NCBI GenBank assembly: GCA_012862495.1 | Contig: BLSG01000153.1 | Location: 1-64,000 of the forward strand | Length of the DNA: 64,000 bases | From: Thraustochytrium aureum | Taxonomy: Eukaryota | Reading direction: 5' to 3' | Shown here: one piece after another, positions 1-10,309 of the stretch | Layout: every line of letters begins with the position of its first letter | How positions within the stretch are numbered: the first letter of the stretch is position 1 | Notes under the pieces: model-generated | Told to the model about the DNA's origin: nothing | The model's input: only the letters and a program-made list of their open reading frames with translations | The model's database searches: none | Made by a program: the position numbers and the translations under genes

Positions 1-568
1 AAAATAAAACCTACGCCCGATCCTCGTCACAAGGGGCTTCCCGGCTGGGAACGTCAAGCTCTCTTGTCAAAAATCTCAAGCCCAACCTGTCAACTTCGGG
101 AGGTCGGCGAACTCCCTTGTTCTTCGAGGTATGCCTACTTCAGTGCGCAAGGCACTCTGCCCTCGCCCGGGTGTGGCCTGAGGAATTGGGCAACCGCCTG
201 TCACTTCAATCAAGTAAATGGTTGAGTTATCTCCTGCACCGTGACGGCTCTGTCGGCGGCACTCGTTGGCAACTCACGTAAACTTCTCGTCAGTCCAAGG
301 GGTCTGTGACTCGCGTATACCAAGCACTCCCGTGAATCCATCAAATCCGGCTACGCCTCACCCCTCTGTTTTTCCTTGTGCGACGGATGTCGAAGCAGAT
401 CGTCTACGAGGTCGGCGCGCGACGAGAGAGGGACACACCAGCGAAGAGCAGGGAGGCACTCGCGAGTCGCGGGAGGGGATAACGGGCTTTGTGGCAGGCT
501 GACAGGTTTGGCCTGACGCGCCGAGCGAGTTCATAGCTTCAGATCCTCCCTCAGTTTTTCCAGAAATC

Positions 569-2122
569 ATGTCGGATACCAGCGCTCCAACCTGCTGCCC
601 GCCCACGCGGGTGCCCGCGCTGACCGCGCAGAGCGATTACCAGGCTCGTGGCGCCTTTGCGACGGTTGACAACCCCAAGAATGCCAAATCGCTGCGCTAC
701 TACCGTGTCGAGGGCGCACCTGGCGCGACCAAGGCGATTGTTATGATCCACGACATATTTGGCGTCGACACCGGCCGCCACGTCGGGATCTGCGACAGCC
801 TCGCCGAAAAGCTGGGTTGCGTCGTGGTTTGCCCGGACCTCTTTCGTGGCGACGTCGCAACGTTCGCCATGCTGGACACGCCCGAGTTCGGCGAGCTCGT
901 CAAGCGGCACCCGCTCGACGCGCTCCAGAAGGACCTCGACTTTGTGTACGAGTCGCTCGTGCCCGCCAGCACTTTCAACGCGATCGGGCTTGTCGGGTTT
1001 TGCTGGGGCGTCTGGGTCGCGTTCCACGAGGGCGGGCGCGAGCTCGACAAGCGCATTGCAGGAGCCGTTGGATTCCACCCCGCGCTGGGTCTCGAGGGCC
1101 TGTTTGGCGGCACCGTGGATCACCTTGTCAAGGACTGCAAGCTTCCGATGCTGGTTTGCCCATGCCAAGACGACCCGGCGGACGTAAAGCCAGGCGGCCT
1201 GTTGGACTCTGACCAGTTCCAGGTCCACGTTTTTGCCGAGGAAAAGCACGGCTTTATGACGCAGGGCGATGTGTCTGAAGAGCTGACGCGCAAAGACGTC
1301 AACAAGGGCCTCGAGCTAGCCGAGGCCTTCTTTGTGGACAAGCTTAGTGGGGCCGTCTGCTGCCCGCCAACGCGAGTGCCCGCGCTTTTGCCGCAGAGCG
1401 ATTACCAGGCGCGTGGCGCCTTTGCGACGGTTGACAACCCCAAGAGTGCCAAGTCGCTGCGCTACTACCGTGTCGAGGGCGCCCCTGGCGCGACCAAGGC
1501 AATTGTCATGATCCACGACATTTTCGGCGTCGACACCGGCCGCCACGTCGGGATCTGCGACAGCCTCGCCGAAAGGCTGGGCTGTGTCATCGTCTGTCCG
1601 GACCTCTTCCGTGGCGACGTCGCAACGCTTGCCATGCTGGGCTCATCCGAGATTATGGAGGTGATCAAGCGGCATCCGCTCGACGCGCTCCAGAAGGACC
1701 TCGACTTTGTGTACGAGTCGCTCGTGCCCGCCAGCACTTTCAACGCGATCGGGCTTGTCGGGTTTTGCTGGGGCGTCTGGGTCGCGTTTCACGAGGGCGC
1801 TCGCGGCTGCGACGCCCGGGTTAAGGGTGGTGCTTGCTTCCATCCCTCGCTCGGCATTCAAGGCTTGTTTGGCCAAGAGGTCGATCGGCTTGTCAAAGAC
1901 TGCAAGCTCCCGATGCTGGTTTGCCCTTGCAAAGACGACCCGGCAAACGTCAAGCCTGGTGGAATTCTTTCGACCGAACTGCACGAGATCTTCGTATTCG
2001 AAGAGGAGTTGCACGGCTTCATGACGCAGGGGGATGTCTCGCTGGAGCAGACGCGCCTTGATGTGGCCAAGGGTCTTGATCTTACGCAAGCGTTTTTCAC
2101 CGATTCGCAAGCCAAGCTATAG
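569..2122 (+). CDS. Tandem two-domain dienelactone hydrolase family protein (alpha/beta hydrolase)
   Basis: 517-aa ORF with two ~255-aa repeats. Each has the HDIFG motif, the nucleophile elbow GFCWG, and a C-terminal HGF (catalytic His). Confidence 0.9.
   Translation: MSDTSAPTCCPPTRVPALTAQSDYQARGAFATVDNPKNAKSLRYYRVEGAPGATKAIVMIHDIFGVDTGRHVGICDSLAEKLGCVVVCPDLFRGDVATFAMLDTPEFGELVKRHPLDALQKDLDFVYESLVPASTFNAIGLVGFCWGVWVAFHEGGRELDKRIAGAVGFHPALGLEGLFGGTVDHLVKDCKLPMLVCPCQDDPADVKPGGLLDSDQFQVHVFAEEKHGFMTQGDVSEELTRKDVNKGLELAEAFFVDKLSGAVCCPPTRVPALLPQSDYQARGAFATVDNPKSAKSLRYYRVEGAPGATKAIVMIHDIFGVDTGRHVGICDSLAERLGCVIVCPDLFRGDVATLAMLGSSEIMEVIKRHPLDALQKDLDFVYESLVPASTFNAIGLVGFCWGVWVAFHEGARGCDARVKGGACFHPSLGIQGLFGQEVDRLVKDCKLPMLVCPCKDDPANVKPGGILSTELHEIFVFEEELHGFMTQGDVSLEQTRLDVAKGLDLTQAFFTDSQAKL
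593..1795 (+). repeat. Intragenic direct duplication, offset 765 bp
   Basis: 593-1030 is nearly identical to 1358-1795. 911-1022 matches 1676-1787 exactly. Confidence 0.95.
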
Positions 2123-2381
2123 CTATAGAATTTCAGATTTCAAACAAAAAAAACCGCGCGAATCGAGCCTCGTTGGTTGGATGTTGCCTTCGAGCGCTTC
2201 CAGCGTCCAATTTGATTCTCTTGCGCAGCGCAGCGCAGCATCCGCATCAGCATCAGCACCTGACTGCGGGCAAGAAGGCAACCAGCTCGTGTGGCTCAGC
2301 ACAGGCCGCTACTTTTCCCGCTCCCCATCGGTCTCGTTGGTACAAACCTACCTACGTTTTTTTACTCTAAGGTAATCTAAT

Positions 2382-3523
2382 TTACATCGCTCCACTTTCA
2401 TGGCCAAGTTTGGGGGAGCGGGCCTGCTGTGTTGACATCCCACCATGTGAAATTGTCTGCGCGCCGGGCATGCTGCTGAATACCTCGCCACCCGCCTGTG
2501 CAAGCTGGCCGTCGTCAGCGGTGCGCAGCGTGTTGCCGGCTGTTGGAGCAGCAGAAAACGCGAGGTACTTCCAGACAACTGTTCCCGCAACCCAAACAAA
2601 GGGTAGCCAATAGTCGAGTTTATTCCACAAAAAGGGCCAAGTCAGGAAGAGAACGTAGACAGCGCCAAGCATGGTGGCCTGCACGATGCCTTGGACTTGG
2701 AGCTGGACAATAGCGCGCTTGATGCTCCGCGCACGGGGCGAGCCGACGGCCTTGACCTTGAGGATGCGCTTGGTCTTGAACAAAATGTAGGCGGCTTGCA
2801 CAGCGAACCCGAACAGTGCAGCCGAGTAGATTGAAAAGTAAGACAGGAAGACAATCCGTGAAGTTCGCGTCACCTCGCCGCGGTCCAGGAACAGCGACAC
2901 GAGCGGGATCGCAGCGCAGCCCACCGTAATAAAGGTGTTGTATGCTGCAAAAACGTAGTTGACCGGGACCAGGACTTGCAGGCCCTGGCCCGCTCGCAGC
3001 AACGTGCCCAGCAGAAACGGCTGGTAGAAGAATATCGCGAGGAAAACCCGAGGTGCGCGAAAAAGTAGCACACCGTGCTCGCCACGGTGACGCCCAGGCG
3101 CTCCTGCGGGTAAATCAGCCGCAGCAGCACGTAGGCAGTTGACGGAGGTAGGCAAACAAGCTCGAAAGACAAGATGCTCAGCATCGTCGGGTCGCGCAGC
3201 AGGTTGTACGTCAGACCCTGGTCTCGCTTGCGCCGGCGGATCGCCCAGTACTGTCGCACGCGCTGAATGACGCGCGGCAAACTCACAAGCCACACCAGCC
3301 CGGACACGACCAGCGCCACAATCCACATCCACTGCACCGCGGTCTCATTGATGTGGCAGTCGAGTCCTTGCGTGTTCAGTAAGTCGCTGCGCCCGGTCCA
3401 ACCATCGTAGCATGCACATTTGCCGTCGTGGCAGGTGCCGTGTCCCGAGCACGGGCCCAGCAGACCGCGTCCTGCCGCCAACCAATCTTCCAGCTCCGGG
3501 CAACCATCGTCGGCGCTCGACAT
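2382..3523 (-). CDS. EGF-like domain plus multi-pass (~7 TM) membrane protein, frameshift near 3045
   Basis: ATG at 3523 (MSSADDGC...). CSGHGTCHDGKCACYDGWTG is EGF-like. Hydrophobic helices continue from ORF 2870..3958 into ORF 2382..3332 across an A run near 3043-3046. Confidence 0.65.
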
Positions 3524-4065
3524 CTCGTGCCCGCTGCAGCGTGTGAGCTCCAAAGTGGGATGGCGCCCACGGGCGTGTTCTGTTCCGCTCGCAGTCTCAT
3601 CAGAGCGAAATGAAGAAGGGCTCGCACGTTCGCACACCTCTTCCAACACCTTGCGTGCGACCAAGGAGGTGCGACCATTTGGATCCCCCCCCGAGTCTTG
3701 CCGAGCTCGGAAGGGCTTTGGGTGCTTGCTCGTCAACCTGCCCTTGCACTGGCAGGGCCAAGGATAGTATGTATGCGGAATGCAAGCGCGGGCGGGCAAG
3801 TTGGGCGCCCTCCGTGGCGCGGGCGGCAAAGCTGGCGGCCACGTTGCACGCACGCCTTGCGCCGTGACGTAGTGTGTATGCCGTTCGCATTGGTTGCATT
3901 GCTCGTGCGCCAAGCTTGCTTGCGGCAGGCTCGAGCATCGGGCTTTGGCAGGGAGCATCCTTCGTCAACAACACGGCCTTGCACCACCAGCAACACGGCA
4001 CGAGCAACAACACACGAGAATCTCGCTCAAGGTAAACTACAGAAGCGCAGCGGCCTTTGTTTGCA

Positions 4066-5604
4066 TCAAAAGCTCGCTCCTCGCGGCAGCTGGCCGTCGG
4101 CCCCCAACGTCACGGAGCCACCAGGCAGGGTCCCTCGGTGCCTCGCCGCAGAGGAGGACTGCGGTCCGTTGAGGCGGCGCACAAACACGTACGTGCAAAC
4201 GTTGGCCACAAGAGATGCCGAGACTCCAACGAGGCTGACAGACAGGTAGAGGCGCTTTGTGAAGAACGGGACAAATGCGGCCAGAAACGAGGAAGCGGTC
4301 GCAGTAGCGCCCAGGACAATCGTCATCCCCAGCATTATGTTGACCACCTTGACGCCCTTCTTGAAGGCGTCCGCGTCCTTGAGCGTGCGGTTCATCGGCT
4401 GGGCGCGTGGCGGCGCGTCCGAGCCGTCACGCACCCCATTGTTGAGCTTGTCCAGCTGAATAAACACGCGGCGAATGATCGTGCAAAGTGTTGTAAAGTA
4501 GCAGATGAAGACGACGAGGTAGACGACGAATAGCTTCAGCACGACAGCATCGTACGTGTTGCGAAGTTGAGGCCGCGTTTGAGGGAGGACGAAAATGAGC
4601 AGAAAGGTCGTCAGGTTGACAAAGGCCACGTTGACGATCGTGGCGCACTTTACAAGATGCGGCCAGCGCAACAGCACGCTGTGGATGTTGAAAAGGCGCC
4701 CATACAGGTGCACTGACGGAAGGCTGCGGTACCACATGTAGCTCATCATCCAGACGCCGCTAAACACCGCCGCCACAGCCAGGGCAGCACCAAAATTTTG
4801 CAGCCAGTCCGCGTCGAAACGGCGAATCCCGCGCAGCATGGGGATGTAGTACATGAGGAGCCCCGTCGCAAATAGAATAAACAGCGCAATTGAGAGAAGC
4901 GTCTCGCGCTGCCTGCGCCGCAAAATGCGCCCTGTCCGCCCGCCAGCCGCGCCGCTCCCAGACCCGCCGCCGCCAGGGAGATGGCTGGCCAACCCCGCAT
5001 CTTGGCCCCCTTGCCCATCTGTTGCTGCGTTCGACGCGACCTCGTACGCCTCTGGCGGTTTGCCTACTCCGCGCGTGGTTGGTTTCTTGCTCCGTGGGAG
5101 GGTCGAAACATTGCTAGCCACAACGGGGCTCTCGGAGCGTAGATCAAAGCTGTCGCGGCTGAAAGCTTTGGCGCGGCTGACCGCCTCCGTGTCGACCAAG
5201 ACGCTCATCGAGTTGGCGTTGAGCGAGCCCGCAGGCCGCGCCGTCATTGTCGCCGTGTTGATGCTCTGAAGCGTACGGTTCTCGGTGCGCAGCAACCGCG
5301 GCAGCGCGCGGTCTCGCAATGCGCCCAGAAAGCCCCACCTGTGTAACAGGCAAAAGTACCCAAATACGGTGTGAACGAGTAGCAAGGAGGCAATCACCGT
5401 GCATGCTATGTATATCCCTCGTTGGACAGGAATGTAGATATGGCAGTCGTTGTACTCTGCGTAGTCGTCCTTGCCGTGGTAGTCTGGTGGGCACATGCAC
5501 AGCCCCGTGACCAGGTCGCAAACCCCAGCCACGCCCAATATGGGGTCGCTCTCGCACGTCTCGCTCACCCTGCAGTCCTCAAAGAGCTCATCGAAGCGCC
5601 CCAT
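4066..5604 (-). CDS. EGF-like domain plus multi-pass (~7 TM) membrane protein
   Basis: ATG at 5604 (MGRFDELFEDC...). GVCDLVTGLCMCPPDYHG...DCHI is followed by TM1, a long Ser/Gly-rich loop and about six more hydrophobic segments. Confidence 0.7.
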   Translation of the reverse strand: MGRFDELFEDCRVSETCESDPILGVAGVCDLVTGLCMCPPDYHGKDDYAEYNDCHIYIPVQRGIYIACTVIASLLLVHTVFGYFCLLHRWGFLGALRDRALPRLLRTENRTLQSINTATMTARPAGSLNANSMSVLVDTEAVSRAKAFSRDSFDLRSESPVVASNVSTLPRSKKPTTRGVGKPPEAYEVASNAATDGQGGQDAGLASHLPGGGGSGSGAAGGRTGRILRRRQRETLLSIALFILFATGLLMYYIPMLRGIRRFDADWLQNFGAALAVAAVFSGVWMMSYMWYRSLPSVHLYGRLFNIHSVLLRWPHLVKCATIVNVAFVNLTTFLLIFVLPQTRPQLRNTYDAVVLKLFVVYLVVFICYFTTLCTIIRRVFIQLDKLNNGVRDGSDAPPRAQPMNRTLKDADAFKKGVKVVNIMLGMTIVLGATATASSFLAAFVPFFTKRLYLSVSLVGVSASLVANVCTYVFVRRLNGPQSSSAARHRGTLPGGSVTLGADGQLPRGASF

Positions 5605-6185
5605 TGCGACGCCCTGGTCTGGCCCCACGCAGCGTAGCGGGCCGCTGCCGGTCGTTCGCTCGGGCGCACGTCGCGGCGCGCCCCACGTCCTTGCCCTTTG
5701 GGGAGAACGAAGCGAGCGCTGGACACGTAGGTATGCCTCCCAAGCAGTCNNNNNNNNNNNNNNNNNNNNNNNNNNNNNNNNNNNNNNNNNNNNNNNNNNN
5801 NNNNNNNNNNNNNNNNNNNNNNNNNNNNNNNNNNNNNNACACGCGGCCAAGCCAGGGGCAGGGGCAATGCGCAACTAAAGCAACGAGTTCGCTGAACAAA
5901 CTGAGCACGCGCATTGCTTGCGGGGATTCGACAGAATTGGTCTTTCTTGCCGGTACTGCGGTTGCTGGCTGCAGCGTGCGGAGGACAGGGGAGGGAGGGC
6001 GGGAAGTACCTACCTACCTACCTACCTCGCTTGCCAGTCAGACTGATCGCTTGCCAATGGTGCCGCTTTGGCTTGGCGCCAACACCGCCTCGACACCGAC
6101 ACCGAGACCTTCGCCGCGGGGGGCAACATCTTGTTTCCTTTTTTCCTAGGCCTACCTACCCCTATTCATTCATCGTTCTGCTTCA

Positions 6186-7621
6186 TCAGACATTGTCGTC
6201 GTCAACAGACCGAGCACTGTTGACACGGTAAGCACATGCAGCGCTCTCTGGCCCGACGCCAATCGTCCAGGGCGCAGAGGCAACCAGGCGGTCTGCAAGA
6301 CTCAACTCCTCTTGCACTGAACCCTTTGACCGCACAAAGCCCTTGCGACCCTCACGCCGCCAGCGGCGCACCGCCGGCAAGACCCGCCGATACTGTTCCA
6401 TGCAGTCTCGGTCGAGACAGAATACCATCAGATCGTCATCAGGAAGCAGCGGTCTGAACGACGCTGCCTGGCAAACCTTGGCCACCATTATGCACAGAAT
6501 GAGGAAGACCAGGAGCGAGGAGACCGAAGCGAGGAATAGTGCAAAGACCGCCCGCCCATAGGAATCCTCCGCCCATACCACCGCCGCAAGCGCGACTGCT
6601 GCGGTCGGAAAAGTATACGCCCACCAGGTGAGCGCGAACGGCAGCACAAGAAACGTGGCCAAGAACCGCAGCAGCAGCAAGTACATGAACAGCGCAAGGT
6701 AGAAAAACAGCACGCCGGCCGAGCTATCGAACGGGACCCCTGGCGTCGCGAGCGGGAGGTCGTTCCACACTGACGCAACCGAGGCCGGAGGCGCGAGATA
6801 AAAGAAGAGCGACGGCAGTAGCAAAGGCGGGATCAGGTCGTCCAGCGGCCGCCCAAACGTGCGCACAAACACAATAGCATAGAACGCCAGGCCTATGGCC
6901 ACGAGAGCAACTGCGAGGCCCTGCTCGTTCACCTCTGGTGTCAGCGCCAGCTTGGCCAGAATGAAACAGTTGATCACCGACAACATCGCCGGCGTGTAGA
7001 CCCGGCTGAGCCCCAGATGTCGCGAAACGAGCCATCCCCCCACAGCAAGAGGCGCAGCACAGTGTCCAGGGCGAACAGGATAAAAAAGACGACCTGCTTG
7101 CCGTTCGCGCTCGCAAACTCTGCTGGTGCGGCGAGGGTCAGCATAGTAGCGGCAAGCTGCGGCATGAAAAAAAAGTTGGCGCGGACTGGGTGGGTCGCCT
7201 CCCGAAGCACTGCAAATGGAAACGTTGCTGCTTTGGCAATGTACACCCCAAGCGACACCACCAGCGTCACGAGGCCACAGTACCAGAGCGCTTCGCCAAC
7301 CTGCGTCGGGATCATGAAGCTCTGCAGGTTGGCCGCGTGGCTCAACGTGTGCCACAGCATGCCTTGCGCTGAGACGCCTACCGCCACGCCAAAGTACCCA
7401 ACCTTGAAGCAAAGCAAAATCGGCGCGGCACGAGCTGCCCCTTTTTTGGCGTCGCTAGTCTCGTTGACGCCCGCCTTCAGTCCACTCGGTGGGGCCGCAT
7501 CGCTGGCCTGCTCGGATCCCAGTCCGGCCCGCCTCTCGCAGCTCTTCAAAGCATCGCCGTCGGCCTCAAGGTGTTCCCCGTCGGCTCCGTCGCACTCAGC
7601 GGCCCCTGGCGCGGGGAGCAT
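6186..7621 (-). CDS. SLAC1/TDT (TehA/Mae1-like) anion channel, frameshift near 7040
   Basis: Motifs EATHPVRANFF, FFYLAPPASVAS and WWAYTFP are characteristic of SLAC1/SLAH channels. About 10 TM segments span two ORFs joined at the C run 7036-7041. Confidence 0.85.
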
Positions 7622-8021
7622 GGGTGCTTTTTGAGGCTCCGCCAGCCGCTCCCTGGCCAGCTAGCGCTAGCTGGTCAACGAGGTGTGGTCTCTGTTGGCG
7701 CTCGCGGAGGAGTGCAAGAACAGCCGAAAAGTCCGTTGCGTCAGTACCTACTACTTACAGTAGTAGAGTACTCTCTACCTACCACCTCGCTCTACCTACC
7801 GACCGCAAGGCTCTGCACTCCGCTCGCGGACCAACGACAAGTCGTTCGCGGACGCGACAACTCGGGCGGGCACGGTCGCGAGTAGGTTGGGCTTGCTGAA
7901 TGGGATTCGATCTGGCCGGCAGCTTCGAAAAGCGAGGAGCAGGGAGGGACACGCCAACTTGAACCCAGGCGTGCAAGGAGCAGCGCCTCCCTGCTCGGGG
8001 CGTTCGCTTGCGCGTGATCAA

Positions 8022-9785
8022 CTAGGTATCGTCGCGATGCCGGAAGCCGACGAGGACCGGGAACCGGGGCACCCCGTCTTTGGTGAGGTCAAAGTACTGC
8101 ACCATGGCAAAGTACTCGCCAGACTTGTACATTGCCCGGTTCTCCCACATCTCGCGCTTTTCGTCCAACGTGCACTTCGGGGCCGCCTGGAAGGTGCGAG
8201 GCGGCGCATCGCGGTCGGAAGGCTCGAGAGAAAGTACAAACGAGCCTGCCACCGGATCGGACCTGTTGCGCTGCGGAACAATGTCCAAGCAACGGAACTC
8301 CTCGCGCTTAAACGCCTTGATCTTTTGCAAACTCGTCGATCGCTTCCCCTTCTCGTACACAGCACTCGATGCGAGCCTCACCATTGCCCCCTCGTAGCCC
8401 GCCGCTGTGAGACGCGCGTGCTCGTGCATGAGATCAGCAACGGCGATCTCCGAAGTCTCTGTGAGAACGATAGGACTCGCCACCGCAAACCCAGCAGTTT
8501 TGTACCAACCGCTCAGGGCAGCAAAACGTTCCTCAAATGGCAGCGCTAGCACTGCATCAAAAATGTGGAGCCGAACGCGCTCTTGCTCGCTGGGCTCGCT
8601 CGTACTGTTCCGCACAATCGAGTTGATTGTTTGAATCGATGTTCCGTGCTCGTAGAGTTCGCCATCTATCCAGCGTAGGGCGTCGTAGCCCTCCACTTCC
8701 TGCGAAGGGTTGAGCGCTTGAAGCGCCAAACTTATGTGACCGAGATTCTGAATCGGTTTCCTGCTGCGCGACCACAGCTCGCCCGTGACAAGGTCAGCAA
8801 CACACCGAAGACCGTCAAGCTTGGGCTGCACAAACACAGTTTCATGCTTCGCGGAGAGCTTGTCCACGTCGCAGGCAACGGCCAGCATAGGGAGCGGGAC
8901 AGCCTCGCCGCTCCCGAGCGCTGGGTCGCCGGCACCAGCAAGCGCATAGCCTTGCTTGTCCATTTTCCGACGAGCCTCCGTGGCGGCCTCGAGGCGGGCT
9001 TGCTGGTTGCCGCTGCGGCCGCCCTTGCCCAGCGCATACACGCGGGTTGCGGAGAGGGGCGTGCCGCCCTGTACTCCCCAGGTGCGCCGCGCAGTTTGAC
9101 CGCTCACGAATATACGCCAGTAGCGGTTTTCTTTGATCAAGGTCAGTTCTAGCTCGCTCTCGGTGCCCTTTTCTTCAGAGCCGAGCGACTCCAGGACCAC
9201 ATTGACATTCTTGCGGGCCGCTTCCGCGTCGACCCACTCGGGCATACCTGCGATCAAAAAGCCTTTCGACTTTCTTTCCTGCACAGCGCGCGCGATCAAC
9301 TTTGAAGCTTCCAGCCCTGTGATCGGCGACGACCGTCGAACAGTGGCTTTGCCGCCCTCGGTTCCCCAAGACCGGGTCAGCTCGCCCATTGCCAGATTGT
9401 ATTCGAGCTTCCACCACCGCGCCTTGCGAGACTTTGTGCTGGGCAGCGTCATAACCAGCTCCACGTCTTCAGATAAGGCTTGCAACGCGGGCAGGCTCGA
9501 GCCCGACGTAGGTGCGGGCTCGAGCAGCGACGTCGGCGTGTTGGCAACGTCTAGGACGTGTTCCTCTTCAACCGTGTGCCACGTCCCGGCGTCTCCCAGC
9601 ACCGCGTTCGCCCAGGCAGGCAACTTTGCGACCTCGTACCCGCCCTTGATCTTGGACCGGACCAGCCGCCCCAGCTCGCTCTCGGCCCCGACCGCCGACG
9701 TGCGAAGCTTTCCGCCGACGTGCCCAAACTCCCTTATCCACGACCCATCCTCCAACTTGCTCACCCTCCACACCCTCCCCTTGCC
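8022..9785 (-). CDS. ATP-dependent DNA ligase (compact NTase+OB core) with at least three N-terminal WGR-like repeats; 5' end in gap
   Basis: PMLA, motif I QPKLDGLRC, IDGELY, HIFD, YEGAMVR, GKRS..LQKIK and C-terminal GVPRFPV. Confidence 0.9.
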   Translation of the reverse strand, partial: GKGRVWRVSKLEDGSWIREFGHVGGKLRTSAVGAESELGRLVRSKIKGGYEVAKLPAWANAVLGDAGTWHTVEEEHVLDVANTPTSLLEPAPTSGSSLPALQALSEDVELVMTLPSTKSRKARWWKLEYNLAMGELTRSWGTEGGKATVRRSSPITGLEASKLIARAVQERKSKGFLIAGMPEWVDAEAARKNVNVVLESLGSEEKGTESELELTLIKENRYWRIFVSGQTARRTWGVQGGTPLSATRVYALGKGGRSGNQQARLEAATEARRKMDKQGYALAGAGDPALGSGEAVPLPMLAVACDVDKLSAKHETVFVQPKLDGLRCVADLVTGELWSRSRKPIQNLGHISLALQALNPSQEVEGYDALRWIDGELYEHGTSIQTINSIVRNSTSEPSEQERVRLHIFDAVLALPFEERFAALSGWYKTAGFAVASPIVLTETSEIAVADLMHEHARLTAAGYEGAMVRLASSAVYEKGKRSTSLQKIKAFKREEFRCLDIVPQRNRSDPVAGSFVLSLEPSDRDAPPRTFQAAPKCTLDEKREMWENRAMYKSGEYFAMVQYFDLTKDGVPRFPVLVGFRHRDDT

Positions 9786-10309
9786 NNNNNNNNNNNNNNN
9801 NNNNNNNNNNNNNNNNNNNNNNNNNNNNNNNNNNNNNNNNNNNNNNNNNNNNNNNNNNNNNNNNNNNNNNNNNNNNNNNNNNNNNNNNNNNNNNNNNNNN
9901 NNNNNNNNNNNNNNNNNNNNNNNNNNNNNNNNNNNNNNNNNNNNNNNNNNNNNNNNNNNNNNNNNNNNNNNNNNNNNNNNNNNNNNNNNNNNNNNNNNNN
10001 NNNNNNNNNNNNNNNNNNNNNNNNNNNNNNNNNNNNNNNNNNNCGCTCCAGGCGGTCCTGGACGGCGCGTGGCCTGCCTTCGACGGCGGCGTGCTCGGCA
10101 GACCCCGAACGAACGCTACTAGAGCTACTTCGTAGCTGGACTCGCTCGAGACCCACCCAAGTGGCGAGAGCAAGTGCGCGCGAGAGCGAGCGAGAAAGCG
10201 AGCGAGCGAGGGGCGGGCCGGGGCTGGGGCTGGGGTTGCGCTGCTGCCGGCAGCCGAGGGTCCCTGAACGCCGCCGCGACCCCACAACCCTCTGCGCGCT
10301 GCCGAGTCG

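Noticed and set aside
1..380. Possible snRNA (ATTTTTGA Sm-like site on the minus strand near 67-74)
   Set aside because: No recognisable U1, U2, U4 or U5 conserved sequence. An Rfam search would be needed.
8022..9785. Endogenous giant-virus insertion around the ligase
   Set aside because: Neighbouring genes are ordinary eukaryotic genes, base composition matches the host, and no other viral hallmark genes or terminal repeats are present.
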